Assembly: GCA_965203445.1 (NCBI GenBank)
Contig: OZ241883.1
Location: 1,632,001-1,696,000 of the forward strand
From: Candidatus Oxydemutator sp.
GTDB taxonomy: Bacteria > Pseudomonadota > Gammaproteobacteria > Poriferisulfidales > Oxydemutatoraceae
Length of the DNA: 64,000 nucleotides
Direction of reading: 5' to 3'
Part shown: piece by piece, positions 19,692-29,705 of the stretch
How the letters are laid out: each line of letters starts with the position of its first letter
Position numbering within the stretch: position 1 is the stretch's first letter
Notes under the pieces: model-generated
The model's input: only the letters and a program-made list of their open reading frames with translations
Told to the model about the DNA's origin: nothing
The model's database searches: none
Made by a program: the position numbers and the translations under genes

Positions 19692-19712
19692 ATTATAGCG
19701 GTGGTCTATAAT
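19692..19712. promoter_or_regulatory. Back-to-back TATAAT boxes (bidirectional promoter)
   Basis: ATTATA 19692-19697 and TATAAT 19707-19712 lie 6 and 8 nt from the divergent ATGs. Confidence 0.65.
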
Positions 19713-19720
19713 CGCCCGGC

Positions 19721-20719
19721 ATGCCCGCCGCCGCTTTTCACTTCGACGCCGACGCCCTCGATCCGCGCAACCGCGCCGACGGCGTCAGCGCGATGCTGCG
19801 GGTGCGCGACGGCGCCCGCTTTCTGCGTCTCGGCCTGGATTCGTGCATCGACGTCTTCGACGAGATCGTCGCGGTGCACCACCAGTGCGACGACGACACG
19901 CCGCACATTCTGCAGGAATACGCGGCGGCGCATCCGCACCGCTTCAAAGTGTACGAATACCCGCACGAGGTGATTCCTCCGGGCACCGCGCGGCATGCGC
20001 GGGAGGGCGCCGAATCGCCGCACACGATCGCCGCGTTGTGCAACTACGCGCTGTCGAAGACGACGCGGCGTTTTGTCGTAAAACACGACGCCGACCACGT
20101 GTATTTTCCGCGCTTTGCGGAGATCGTCGGTGCCGTGCGTGGGCGCGGTCGGTGCGCCGGTGCGGTGTACGTCTCCGGCGTCAACCTGGCGCGTTCGCGC
20201 GCGGGCGAACTCGGGGTGGCCCTTCGGGATCCGATCTGCGGCGTCGGCGACTACGCGTTTTTCCCGGTGTCGAGGAGCACCTTCTTCGTCCACGGCGACC
20301 GCTTCGAGCACTTGTCGCTGCCGCCGCGCCCGGCCACGTACGCCGGCGTCGCGTTCTGGCACCTGAAGCTGCTGTCGGAGCACTACGGGCTGCGCGAATA
20401 CCGCTGGCGCTACGAGGACAACGTCGCGGAGTTGCGCCGCCGCGTCGCCGCGCTCGAGGAGAGCCTGGAGGTCGTGTCGGTCGAGCGGTTCATCGCCTTG
20501 TTCAGCGGCGTCGGCAGCCTGTTCGTTGACCGGCACTGCGTGCATCCGCTGTGGCGCAACCGCACGGCGAGGTTGCTCGCGTGGCACTTGGCAAGGTCTT
20601 GCGCCCGCTGGCCGCTGCCTTCCCGCATGCGCTGCCTGCCCTTGCTGCTGTCGTTCCGGTTGCGGCGGGACTTGCGCGGAGTTTCCCCGCCTTCGGAACG
20701 TGAATTGGCGTCGTTCTGA
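19721..20719 (+). CDS. GT-A fold glycosyltransferase (CgtA-like), paralog 1
   Basis: VSAMLRVRD..FDEIVAV..CDDDT..NYAL..KHDADHVY (DxD motif). Confidence 0.7.
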   Translation: MPAAAFHFDADALDPRNRADGVSAMLRVRDGARFLRLGLDSCIDVFDEIVAVHHQCDDDTPHILQEYAAAHPHRFKVYEYPHEVIPPGTARHAREGAESPHTIAALCNYALSKTTRRFVVKHDADHVYFPRFAEIVGAVRGRGRCAGAVYVSGVNLARSRAGELGVALRDPICGVGDYAFFPVSRSTFFVHGDRFEHLSLPPRPATYAGVAFWHLKLLSEHYGLREYRWRYEDNVAELRRRVAALEESLEVVSVERFIALFSGVGSLFVDRHCVHPLWRNRTARLLAWHLARSCARWPLPSRMRCLPLLLSFRLRRDLRGVSPPSERELASF

Positions 20720-20758
20720 TCGCCGCCGCGGCCCGCCGGTGATGTATAATCCGGAGCG

Positions 20759-21865
20759 ATGACCGCTCCCGTCCCCGCCTGCAACTACGACCCGAAAGCC
20801 CTCGACCCTGGCAGGCGTGCCGACGGTATCAGCGCGGTGCTGCGGGTGCGCGACGGCGCGCAGTTTCTGCGGATCGGCCTGGATTCGTGCGTGGACGTGT
20901 TCGACGAGATCGTCGCCGTGCATCACCAATGCAGCGACGACACGCCGCAAATTCTGCATGAGTACGCGGCGGCGCGCCCGCATCGGTTCAAGGTGTACGA
21001 ATACCCGCACGAGGTTTTTCCGCCGGACACCAGGGAGCACGCGGCGCAGGGGGCCGAGTCGCCGCACACGATCGCGGCGCTGTGCAACTACGCGCTGGCG
21101 AGGACTACGCGGCGCATCGCCATCAAGTACGACGCCGACCAGGTGTATTTCCCGCGCTACGCGGAAATTGCCGATGTCATGCGCAGCGCCCGCACCGCCG
21201 CCTGCATCGTGCGCGTTTGGGGCGTCAATCTGGCGCGTTCGCGCGCGGGCGAGCTCGGCGTGCATCTGCGGTACCCGGTTTGCGGCGGCTATGACATGAT
21301 GTCTTTTCCGGTGTCACGGGACACGTACTTTGTCCATGGCGACGCATGTGAAGCGTTGCACCTGCCGCGGCGGCGGCACGTAGACGCTGGTTTTGGATAC
21401 TGGCATCTGAAATTTCTGCAACGGCACTACGGGTTGCACCAGTGGCTGTGGCGCTACCAGACCAACGATTCGATAATGAAGACAGGGTACTACGGTTCCA
21501 GCCGGGATGCAGAGCCGGCGTGCGGCGACGACGAGAAGTGGCGCGGTTACGCCGCCGCCTTCGAGCGCGATCTCGACGTCGTCCCCCTGGATGAATTCGT
21601 CGCTTTGTACGGCGGCGGGGACAGTCCGTTCATGTCCGACGTTCGCCGGCTGTACTTTCGGTGGCCAGGGGGAAGGGTGAAGACGGTGTGCATGCGCGAC
21701 TGGATGTCGCCACTCGTGTGGAGTCTGGTCGGGCGCTTTGTCGGCACCTACGCAAGGTTTCCCCGGTTGCTGGGTGATCTTTTGATCCCTCAGCTGAAGG
21801 CGCGCTCGGTGAGGAGGCACCTGCGCGAGATACCCCTGCCCGCGGAAAGTGATCTGGCGGCATAG
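20759..21865 (+). CDS. GT-A fold glycosyltransferase (CgtA-like), paralog 2
   Basis: N-terminal ~130 aa very similar to paralog 1; KYDADQVY; own TATAAT at 20745-20750. Confidence 0.7.
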   Translation: MTAPVPACNYDPKALDPGRRADGISAVLRVRDGAQFLRIGLDSCVDVFDEIVAVHHQCSDDTPQILHEYAAARPHRFKVYEYPHEVFPPDTREHAAQGAESPHTIAALCNYALARTTRRIAIKYDADQVYFPRYAEIADVMRSARTAACIVRVWGVNLARSRAGELGVHLRYPVCGGYDMMSFPVSRDTYFVHGDACEALHLPRRRHVDAGFGYWHLKFLQRHYGLHQWLWRYQTNDSIMKTGYYGSSRDAEPACGDDEKWRGYAAAFERDLDVVPLDEFVALYGGGDSPFMSDVRRLYFRWPGGRVKTVCMRDWMSPLVWSLVGRFVGTYARFPRLLGDLLIPQLKARSVRRHLREIPLPAESDLAA

Positions 21866-22344
21866 TGCCCGCCTCGGTTTTGTTCGTGTGCTCGTACAAC
21901 CTCTGCCGTTCGGTGGCGGCGCAGGGCGTGTTCCGCTACATCTTGCGTGAGACCGGCGCCGTCGCGCGCGCCGACTCGGCCGGGGCCTTGGCTTACGCGG
22001 GCGAGCCGCCGCACCCGATGCTGCTTCGCGCCGCGCGGATGCGCGGCTACGACCTGTCGGGAATCCGCTCGAAAACGCTGGAACGGGCGGACTGCGCGCG
22101 TTTCGATTATCTGCTGGCGCTCGATTCGTCGCAGTTGCAACCGCTGCGTGCGCGGCGCGCGGGCGCGGTCGTCGGATTGTTGATGTCGTACTCGGCGTAC
22201 TTCGATGAGACCGAGGTGCAGGCGCCGCCCGAGAGCGCGGGCGTCGGCGGCTATCTGCGCATGTTGGACCGCATCGAGGACGCCTGCCTCGGCCTGCACC
22301 GCCACCTCGCCGAGCGCGCGCCGGCCGTGTCCGATGACGTTTGA
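21865..22344 (+). CDS. Low-molecular-weight protein-tyrosine phosphatase family protein
   Basis: VLFVCSYNLCRS P-loop, DSAG and FDYLLALD; the usual DPY motif is not evident. Confidence 0.85.
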   Translation: MPASVLFVCSYNLCRSVAAQGVFRYILRETGAVARADSAGALAYAGEPPHPMLLRAARMRGYDLSGIRSKTLERADCARFDYLLALDSSQLQPLRARRAGAVVGLLMSYSAYFDETEVQAPPESAGVGGYLRMLDRIEDACLGLHRHLAERAPAVSDDV

Positions 22345-23461
22345 CCCGCTCGACTACTGCGGTTCCAGCATAGCCGGCCTCGCGCCGTACGAACCGGGCC
22401 GGTCGGCGCGGCAACTTTCGCGCGAGCTCGGCGTGCACGACGCGCTCCCGCTGGCCTCGAACGAAAACCTGCTGGGGCCTTCGCCGAAGGTGATCGAAGC
22501 GCTGCACCGCGCGCTCGACGACGTTCACTTTTATCCCGACGGCGCGGGCCGGCGGCTGAAGGAGTTGCTGGCGCGGCGCCACGGCGTAACGCCTTCGCAA
22601 ATCACGCTCGGCAACGGCTCGAACGACGTGCTCGAACTCGCCGGGCGTTGCTTTCTGGGCGTGGGCAGCGGGGCGCTCTGGTCGCGCCACGCCTTTGCGG
22701 TGTACGCGTTGACGGCGCAGGCGGTCGGTGCCGCGCGGCAGGTGGCACCGCCGCGCCCGGCGTCGGACGCAATGCCGTACGGTCACGATCCCGACGCGAT
22801 GCTGGGGCAGGTGAACGACGCCACCGGCGTGGTGTTCATTGCCAATCCGAACAACCCGACGGGCACCTGGATCGGCGCGGACGCGCTGCATGATTTTCTG
22901 CGGCGGCTGCCGGCTCGCGTCGTCGCCGTCGTGGATCAGGCTTACGCCGAGTACGCGACGGCCGCCGACTATCCCGACGCCGCGGCTTGGCTCGACGAGT
23001 TTCCGAACCTGATAGTGACGCGCACTTTCTCCAAGATCTTCGCCCTCGCCGGGCTGCGCGTCGGCTACGCGCTGGCGTCGTCGGCGATCAGCGACCTGCT
23101 GAACCGGCTGCGCCAGCCGTTCAACGTCAACGCGCTCGCGCAGTGCGCGTCGGCGGCGGCGCTCGCCGACGACGAGCACGTGGCCGCGAGCGTCGCGGCC
23201 AACGCCGCGGCGTTGACGCAACTGCGCGCCGGCTGCGCGCGTCTCGGCGTCGCCTGCCTGCCGTCGGCGGCCAACTTTCTGTGCCTGGAGATCGGCGACG
23301 ACGCGCAACGGGTGTACCGGCGGCTGCTAGAACGCGGCGTCATCGTGCGCCCGCTGTCGAACTACGGATTGCCGCGCCACCTGCGGGTGACGACCGGCCG
23401 GCCCGAACACAACGAGCGTTTTCTCGAGGCGCTCGCCGCCGTCGTCGGCGCCGGAGCTTGA
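22334..23461 (+). CDS. hisC: Histidinol-phosphate aminotransferase
   Basis: LASNEN, NPNNPTG and RTFSKIFALAGLRVGY motifs. Confidence 0.95.
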   Translation: MTFDPLDYCGSSIAGLAPYEPGRSARQLSRELGVHDALPLASNENLLGPSPKVIEALHRALDDVHFYPDGAGRRLKELLARRHGVTPSQITLGNGSNDVLELAGRCFLGVGSGALWSRHAFAVYALTAQAVGAARQVAPPRPASDAMPYGHDPDAMLGQVNDATGVVFIANPNNPTGTWIGADALHDFLRRLPARVVAVVDQAYAEYATAADYPDAAAWLDEFPNLIVTRTFSKIFALAGLRVGYALASSAISDLLNRLRQPFNVNALAQCASAAALADDEHVAASVAANAAALTQLRAGCARLGVACLPSAANFLCLEIGDDAQRVYRRLLERGVIVRPLSNYGLPRHLRVTTGRPEHNERFLEALAAVVGAGA

Positions 23462-23462
23462 G

Positions 23463-24359
23463 ATGTTCGGCGTGGTCGCGATAGTCGGCACCGGCATGAT
23501 CGGAACGTCGCTCGGGCTGGCGTTGAAGCGCGCCGGTGCTACGCGCGCGATCGTCGGTGTCGACGCCGCGCGCGACGCCGTGCGCGCGGCGCGCGCGCGC
23601 GGCGCCTTGGATCGCGTCGCCGCGAGCACCGCCGAGCTCGGCGCCTGCGACGTGATCGTCGTCGCGGTGCCGGTCGCCGCGCTCGGCGGCGTGCTCGCGT
23701 CGTTGCCGCCGCTGAACGGCGCCGTCGTCACCGACGTCGGCAGCGTCAAGGGTGCGGTGCTCGAGGCCGCGCGCGCGGCGCTCGGCGCCGCCGCCGCGAA
23801 CTTTGTGCCGGGACATCCGGTCGCCGGTAGTCATGAAAGCGGGCCGGCGGCCGCGACCGCGGATCGGTTCGACGGCTGCCGCGTCGTGCTGACGCCCGAC
23901 GAAGGCACCGACGACGCGGCGCTGCGACGGGTCGAGGAATTGTGGGTCGCCGCCGGCGCCGGCGCCGTCACCACGATGGACGCCGCGGCGCACGACCGCG
24001 TCTTTGCGTACACCAGCCACCTGCCGCACGCCGTCGCCTATGCGCTGATAGGAGGCTTGCTGGCGCGCACGGACGCCGACCGGCTGTTTGCCTATACCGC
24101 CGGCGGTCTGCGCGACTTCACGCGCATCGCGGCCAGCGATCCGGTTATGTGGCGCGACGTCTTTTTGGCCAATGCCGGGCGCGTGCTCGAGGCGATGGAC
24201 GATTTCAGCGCCGGCCTCGCGCGCTTGCGCGGGCATATCGCGCGCGGCGACGGCGCCGCGTTGCGCGATTTTCTGGACGCCGCGGCGGCGCGTCGCGCCG
24301 TCGGATATAATGACCGATCGGATAGCGCGAAGCTGCACCGCGCCTTGGACGAGGATTGA
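23463..24359 (+). CDS. tyrA: Prephenate/arogenate dehydrogenase
   Basis: GTGMIG, TDVGSVK, GHPVAG, SHLPH and RDFTRIA motifs. Confidence 0.92.
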   Translation: MFGVVAIVGTGMIGTSLGLALKRAGATRAIVGVDAARDAVRAARARGALDRVAASTAELGACDVIVVAVPVAALGGVLASLPPLNGAVVTDVGSVKGAVLEAARAALGAAAANFVPGHPVAGSHESGPAAATADRFDGCRVVLTPDEGTDDAALRRVEELWVAAGAGAVTTMDAAAHDRVFAYTSHLPHAVAYALIGGLLARTDADRLFAYTAGGLRDFTRIAASDPVMWRDVFLANAGRVLEAMDDFSAGLARLRGHIARGDGAALRDFLDAAAARRAVGYNDRSDSAKLHRALDED

Positions 24360-25115
24360 ATGCCGTTTACAGGTATCAAAGAGCGTATCAAGGACTGGGT
24401 TCGGACCGTTTCATGGCCCAAGACCGATATAGGCACGAAGCATGGGCCAAATCTTAAAGGCTGGATCACGGAGAAACTCGGGCAGCTGCCCGCCGGCGGC
24501 AGGATATTGGACGTTGGCGCCGGGAGCCAACCCTATCGCGAGGCTTGCGGCCATCTGCGTTACGTGTCGCAGGATAGGGAGAAACCGTCCCGTTTTGAGG
24601 AAGGATACATGAGTATGCGTGAGGCCGATTACAAGGAGCCGGACATAGTCTGCGACGCTGTCTCCATTCCGGAACCCGACGCCTCTTTTGATGCGATTTT
24701 GTGCACCGAAGTACTGGAGCACGTTCCACACCCCGTTCGCGTTCTGCAGGAAACGTCGCGCCTCGTCAAGTCCGGTGGGTCGCTGATCCTGACGGCGCCT
24801 TTTGCTTTTCCGGTACATGGGTTTCCGCAGCATTTTTTTTCGGGTTTCAGCAGAGGCTGGTACGAGAAGCATTTGCCCGATGCCGGTTTTGACGTGGAGG
24901 AGATAACGCCGAACGGCAATTATTTCGAGTATACCGCCCAGCACGTACGAATTTTAGACGGCGCTGGTCCCTATTACTCCACGGGCCCCAGAGAATTTTA
25001 TAGAATGATCGCGAGTGGCCTGATTCTGAAAATACTTGAGCGCTATAACGTCAACGACAGAGGGTCATCCGAGTTGTGTTGCCACGCTTGGCACGTATTT
25101 GCCCGCAAGCGTTGA
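24360..25115 (+). CDS. Class I SAM-dependent methyltransferase, paralog 1
   Basis: ILDVGAG and FDAILCTEVLEHV motifs; visibly more AT-rich than the flanks. Confidence 0.9.
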   Translation: MPFTGIKERIKDWVRTVSWPKTDIGTKHGPNLKGWITEKLGQLPAGGRILDVGAGSQPYREACGHLRYVSQDREKPSRFEEGYMSMREADYKEPDIVCDAVSIPEPDASFDAILCTEVLEHVPHPVRVLQETSRLVKSGGSLILTAPFAFPVHGFPQHFFSGFSRGWYEKHLPDAGFDVEEITPNGNYFEYTAQHVRILDGAGPYYSTGPREFYRMIASGLILKILERYNVNDRGSSELCCHAWHVFARKR

Positions 25116-25153
25116 CGGATCGGATAGCGCGAAACTATACCGCGTTTTGAAGG

Positions 25154-25921
25154 ATGATAGGCGTGTCGTTTTCAAGGTATAAAAAATGGTTTGGGGACGT
25201 CTTGCGCTCCGACGTAGGCACGAAGTATGAGACCAATCTTGCCGCTTGGGTCACGGAGAAACTCGGGCAGCTGCCTGCCGGCGGCAGGATATTGGACGTC
25301 GGTGCCGGGAGCCAGCCCTATCGCGAGGCTTGCGGCCATCTGCGTTACGTGTCGCAGGATATGGAGAAGCCGTCCTGTTTTGAGGAAGGGTTTATGAGTA
25401 TGCGTGAGGCCGATTACAAGGAGCCGGACATAGTCTGCGACGCTGTCTCCATTCCGGAACCCGACGCCTCTTTTGACGCGATTTTGTGCACCGAAGTACT
25501 GGAGCACGTTTCACATCCCGTCCGCGTGCTGCAGGAAATATCGCGCCTCGTCAAGTCCGGTGGGTCGCTGATCCTGACGGCGCCTTTTGCTTTGCCGGTA
25601 CACGGGTTTTCGCAGCATTTTTTTTCGGGTTTCAGCAGAGGCTGGTATGAGAAGCATCTGCCCGATGCCGGGTTTGACGTGGAGGAGATAACGCCGAACG
25701 GCAATTATTTTGAGCATATCGGCCAGGAAATACGACGCTTAAACGGTGTCGCCCCCCTATATTGCACCGGAATGAAAAAGGGAGTCAAAATATTTTATGG
25801 AATTTATAGGATAATCGTAAGCATCCCGATTCTGAGGATGCTTAAGCGCTATAGCGTCAACGACAGAGGGTCGTCCGAGTTGTTTTGCTGCGCTTGGCAC
25901 GTGGTTGCCCGCAAGCGTTGA
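25154..25921 (+). CDS. Class I SAM-dependent methyltransferase, paralog 2
   Basis: Core nearly identical to paralog 1. Confidence 0.9.
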   Translation: MIGVSFSRYKKWFGDVLRSDVGTKYETNLAAWVTEKLGQLPAGGRILDVGAGSQPYREACGHLRYVSQDMEKPSCFEEGFMSMREADYKEPDIVCDAVSIPEPDASFDAILCTEVLEHVSHPVRVLQEISRLVKSGGSLILTAPFALPVHGFSQHFFSGFSRGWYEKHLPDAGFDVEEITPNGNYFEHIGQEIRRLNGVAPLYCTGMKKGVKIFYGIYRIIVSIPILRMLKRYSVNDRGSSELFCCAWHVVARKR

Positions 25922-25996
25922 CGTTGTACGCAAGAACCTTCGTGGGCAGAGTACGGGGGGCGGCCTTGACCCCGGCGGGGCAGAGTTGACGTATAA

Positions 25997-27301
25997 ATGA
26001 TGATCGAATCGTCGCCGGTGCGTTCGCTGCGCGGCACGCTGCGCGCGCCCGGCGACAAGTCTATCTCGCACCGCGCGCTGCTGTTGGGCGCCGTCGCGCG
26101 CGGCGACACCGAAATCCTCGGCTTTCTCGAAAGCGCCGATTGCCTGGCGACGATGGAGGCGTTGCGCGCGCTCGGCGTTGTTTTCGAGCGCAACGACGGG
26201 CGCGTGTCGGTGCGCGGCGCCGGCTTGCACGGCCTGCGCCCGTGTCCGCATCCGCTCGATCTAGGCAATTCGGGGACCGCGATGCGCCTGCTGGCCGGAT
26301 TGCTTGCCGGCCAGCGGTTTGCGAGCACGTTGACCGGCGATGAGTCGCTTTGCCGCCGGCCGATGCGGCGCGTGGTCGAGCCGCTGCGCGCCATCGGCGC
26401 CGAGGTCGCGGCCGCGCCCGGCGGCACGCCGCCGCTTGCGATAGGCGCCGCCGCCGGCCCGTTGCACGGCGCCCGCCACGAGTTGCCGCTGGCGAGCGCC
26501 CAGGTCAAGTCGTGCCTGCTGCTGGCCGGCCTCTACGCCGACGGCGAGACCGTCGTCGTCGAACCCGCGCCCAGCCGCGATCACACCGAGAGAATGTTGG
26601 GCGCCTTCGGGTGCGTGCCTGCGGCGCGCGCCGGCGGGGTCGCGGTCGCGGGCGGCGCCGAGTTGCGTGGCGCGCGCGTCGAGGTGCCGGCGGATTTGTC
26701 GTCGGCGACGTTTTTCATGGTCGCCGCGTCCATCGTCGCCGACGCCGACGTCACGCTACCCGGCGTCGGCGTCAATCCGACGCGCGCCGGCGGGCTTGCG
26801 ATCCTGCGCGCGATGGGCGCGGACGTCGAGGTCGGCGCCGAGCGCATGATGGGCGGCGAGCCGGTGGCCGATATTCGCGTGCGCGCGGCGCGGCTGTCCG
26901 GCGTCGACGTGGCGCCGCACCAGGTGGCGTCCGCGATAGACGAGTTTCCGGCGTTGTTCATCGCCGCCGCGTGCGCCGCCGGCACGACGCGCGTATCCGG
27001 CGCCGCCGAGTTGCGCCACAAGGAGAGCGACCGCCTCGAGGCGATGGCCCGGGGGTTGCGCGCCTGCGGCATAAAGGTCGCCACCGCCGCCGACGGCCTG
27101 GTTATCGAAGGCGGGCGCCTGCGCGGCGCCACCGTGGACAGTTTCGGGGACCACCGCGTGGCGATGGCGTTCGCGGTCGCCGGCGCGGCCGCGACCGGTG
27201 CCGTTTGCGTGCGCGACTGCGCGAACGTCGGCACTTCGTTTCCCGGCTTCGTCGAGGCCGCGAACCGCGTCGGCTTGCGGTTGCGCGCGCGAAGCGGATG
27301 A
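25997..27301 (+). CDS. aroA: EPSP synthase
   Basis: PGDKSISHRA, LGNSGTAMR, SAQVKS, RDHTE, KESDR and DHRVAMAF motifs. Confidence 0.97.
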   Translation: MMIESSPVRSLRGTLRAPGDKSISHRALLLGAVARGDTEILGFLESADCLATMEALRALGVVFERNDGRVSVRGAGLHGLRPCPHPLDLGNSGTAMRLLAGLLAGQRFASTLTGDESLCRRPMRRVVEPLRAIGAEVAAAPGGTPPLAIGAAAGPLHGARHELPLASAQVKSCLLLAGLYADGETVVVEPAPSRDHTERMLGAFGCVPAARAGGVAVAGGAELRGARVEVPADLSSATFFMVAASIVADADVTLPGVGVNPTRAGGLAILRAMGADVEVGAERMMGGEPVADIRVRAARLSGVDVAPHQVASAIDEFPALFIAAACAAGTTRVSGAAELRHKESDRLEAMARGLRACGIKVATAADGLVIEGGRLRGATVDSFGDHRVAMAFAVAGAAATGAVCVRDCANVGTSFPGFVEAANRVGLRLRARSG

Positions 27302-27984
27302 GCGACGCGCCGGTGATCGCGCTGGATGGGCCGGGCAGCGTCGGCAAGAGCACGCTGAGCTGCGAACTGGCGCGCCGTCTGCGTTTTCATCTGCTGGTCA
27401 GCGGCGCGCTCTACCGGATCGTCGGCGCGCGTCTGGCGCGCGCCGCCGCGCCGCTTGCCGACGCCGCCGCGATCGCGGGCGTCGTCTCGGCGATGGAGGT
27501 GCGTTTCACGGCCACGCCCGGCGGCGTCGAGATCGAGTGCGACGGACGCCGCGTGACCGACGACATCGGCGGCGAGGAGATCGCCGCCGCCGCGGCCCGC
27601 GCCGGCGAGTCGCCGCTGGTGCGCGCCGCGCTGCTGGGGCTGCAACGCGCCCGGCGTCGTCCTCCCGGCCTCGTCGCCGATGGCCGCGACATGGGAACGG
27701 TGGTGTTTTCCGACGCCGATCTGAAGGTGTTTTTGACCGCGCGTCTCGAGGAGCGCGCGCGGCGGCGGTATAAGCAGTTGAGAGAGCGGGGATTTGATGT
27801 TACCCTGAGCGACCTCGCCGCGGAACTGGCGCGACGCGACGAGCGCGACCGGGGTCGCGCGGTCGCGCCGTTGCGGGCGGCGGACGATGCCGTCGTTCTC
27901 GACACCACCGATTTGTCGGTGGCGGAGGCGGTCTCGAAGATCGCCGCGCTGGCGGCGGAAAGAAACATAGGGACATCCGAATGA
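27298..27984 (+). CDS. cmk: Cytidylate kinase
   Basis: IALDGPGSVGKST, GALYR, DGRDMGTVVF and RD.RD motifs. Confidence 0.95.
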   Translation: MSDAPVIALDGPGSVGKSTLSCELARRLRFHLLVSGALYRIVGARLARAAAPLADAAAIAGVVSAMEVRFTATPGGVEIECDGRRVTDDIGGEEIAAAAARAGESPLVRAALLGLQRARRRPPGLVADGRDMGTVVFSDADLKVFLTARLEERARRRYKQLRERGFDVTLSDLAAELARRDERDRGRAVAPLRAADDAVVLDTTDLSVAEAVSKIAALAAERNIGTSE

Positions 27985-29693
27985 ATGAAAGTTTTGCCGA
28001 TTTGCTGGAGCAGAGCAAAACCGCGGCGCGCCTGAAGCCGGGCGCCCTGCTCGAGGGCGAGGTCGTCGAGATCAGGGAAGGCGCGGTGGTCGTCAACGCC
28101 GGATTGAAGTCCGAGGGCGTGATCCCGATCGGCCAGTTTTACGACAAGAACGGCGAGCTCGAGGTCAGCGAGGGCGACGTCGTCGAGGTCGCGCTCGACA
28201 GCCTCGAGGACGGTTTCGGCGAGACGCGCCTGTCGCGCGAACGCGCCAAGGGCATACGCGCGTGGACGCGCCTCGAGGAGACGTGTGAATCCGGCGCCAC
28301 CGTCAAGGGTTTTCTGGCGAGCAAGGTCAAGGGCGGCTTCATCGTCGACTTGGGCGGCGTCAACGCGTTCTTGCCCGGTTCGCTGGTGGACGTGCGCCCG
28401 ATGCGCGACCTCGGCTATCTCGAGGGGAAGGAGCTGGAGTTCAAGATCATCAAGCTGGATCGCAGCCGCAACAACGTCGTGGTCTCGAGGCGCGCGGTGC
28501 TCGAATCCGAGCGCGGCGCGGGCTACGAGGAGATGATGAAGAACCTGGAGGAAGGGGCGGTGGTCAAGGGCATCGTCAAGAACCTCACCGAGTACGGCGC
28601 GTTCCTCGGTTTCGGCGGCTTCGACGGCTTGCTGCACATCACCGACATGGCGTGGAAGCGCGTGCACCATCCTTCCGAGGTGTTGTCGGTCGGCGACGAG
28701 ATCGAGGTCAAGATCCTCAAGTACGACAGGGACAAGAACCGCATTTCGTTGGGCTTGAAGCAGATGACCGAGGATCCGTGGCGCAAGCTGGTGCGGCGCT
28801 ACCCCAAGAATTCGCGTGTTTTCGGGCGCGTCGTCAGCATCACCGACTATGGTTGTTTTATCGAGATCGAGGAGGGCGTCGAGGGCTTGGCGCACGTCTC
28901 CGAGATGGATTGGACCAACAAGAACGTCAATCCGTCGAAAGTCGTCTCGGTCGGCGAGGAAGTCGAGGCGATGGTGGTGGAAGTGGACGAGGGCAAGCGG
29001 CGCGTGTCCCTCAGTCTCAAGCAATGCAAACCGAACCCGTGGGAGGATTTTCGCGCCAACCACCGCAAGGGCGAGAAGGTGCGGGGCGTGGTCAGCTCGA
29101 TCAACGACTTCGGGATTTTCGTCGGCTTCAAGGACTACGGCATAGACGGCTTGGTGCACATCAGCGATATTTCCGCGACCGGGCAGGCCGACCAGGCGAT
29201 CCGCCAATACAAGAAGGGGCAGGAGGTCGAGGTCGTGATTCTTTCGATGGACGTCGGGCGCGAGCGCGTGTCGCTCGGCATCAAGCAGCTGAACCAGAGT
29301 TTTTTGCAGGCTTATTTTGCGAAACATCCGAAAAAATCCCTGGTGAGCGGCAGCGTCGCCGAGATCACCGACAAGGCGCTCGTCGTGAACCTGGCCGACA
29401 AGGTGAGCGGCGTGATACCGTTCTCCGAGCTGGAGCTCGGCAAGGAACAACGGGCCGCCGACAAGTTCAAGACGGGCGATCCGATCGAGGCCCAGATGAC
29501 CGGCATGGACAAGAAAAACTGCGTGTTGACGTTGTCGGTCAAGGCCCGGGAGAGAGAGGAGCAGGAGCGCAAGGTGCAGGAATACACCGCCGCCTCCAAG
29601 AAGCCCGCGACCACCTCGCTGGGCGCGCTGTTGCTCAAGAAGCTGGGGCGCATGACCGGCGTCGCCGACAAAGGCGAAGGCGCCAAATCCTGA
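27981..29693 (+). CDS. rpsA: 30S ribosomal protein S1
   Basis: Six S1 repeats (AFLPGSLVD, DGLLHITDM, EGLAHVSEMDW, DGLVHISD). Confidence 0.98.
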   Translation: MNESFADLLEQSKTAARLKPGALLEGEVVEIREGAVVVNAGLKSEGVIPIGQFYDKNGELEVSEGDVVEVALDSLEDGFGETRLSRERAKGIRAWTRLEETCESGATVKGFLASKVKGGFIVDLGGVNAFLPGSLVDVRPMRDLGYLEGKELEFKIIKLDRSRNNVVVSRRAVLESERGAGYEEMMKNLEEGAVVKGIVKNLTEYGAFLGFGGFDGLLHITDMAWKRVHHPSEVLSVGDEIEVKILKYDRDKNRISLGLKQMTEDPWRKLVRRYPKNSRVFGRVVSITDYGCFIEIEEGVEGLAHVSEMDWTNKNVNPSKVVSVGEEVEAMVVEVDEGKRRVSLSLKQCKPNPWEDFRANHRKGEKVRGVVSSINDFGIFVGFKDYGIDGLVHISDISATGQADQAIRQYKKGQEVEVVILSMDVGRERVSLGIKQLNQSFLQAYFAKHPKKSLVSGSVAEITDKALVVNLADKVSGVIPFSELELGKEQRAADKFKTGDPIEAQMTGMDKKNCVLTLSVKAREREEQERKVQEYTAASKKPATTSLGALLLKKLGRMTGVADKGEGAKS

Positions 29694-29705
29694 GCGGGCG
29701 GCGTC

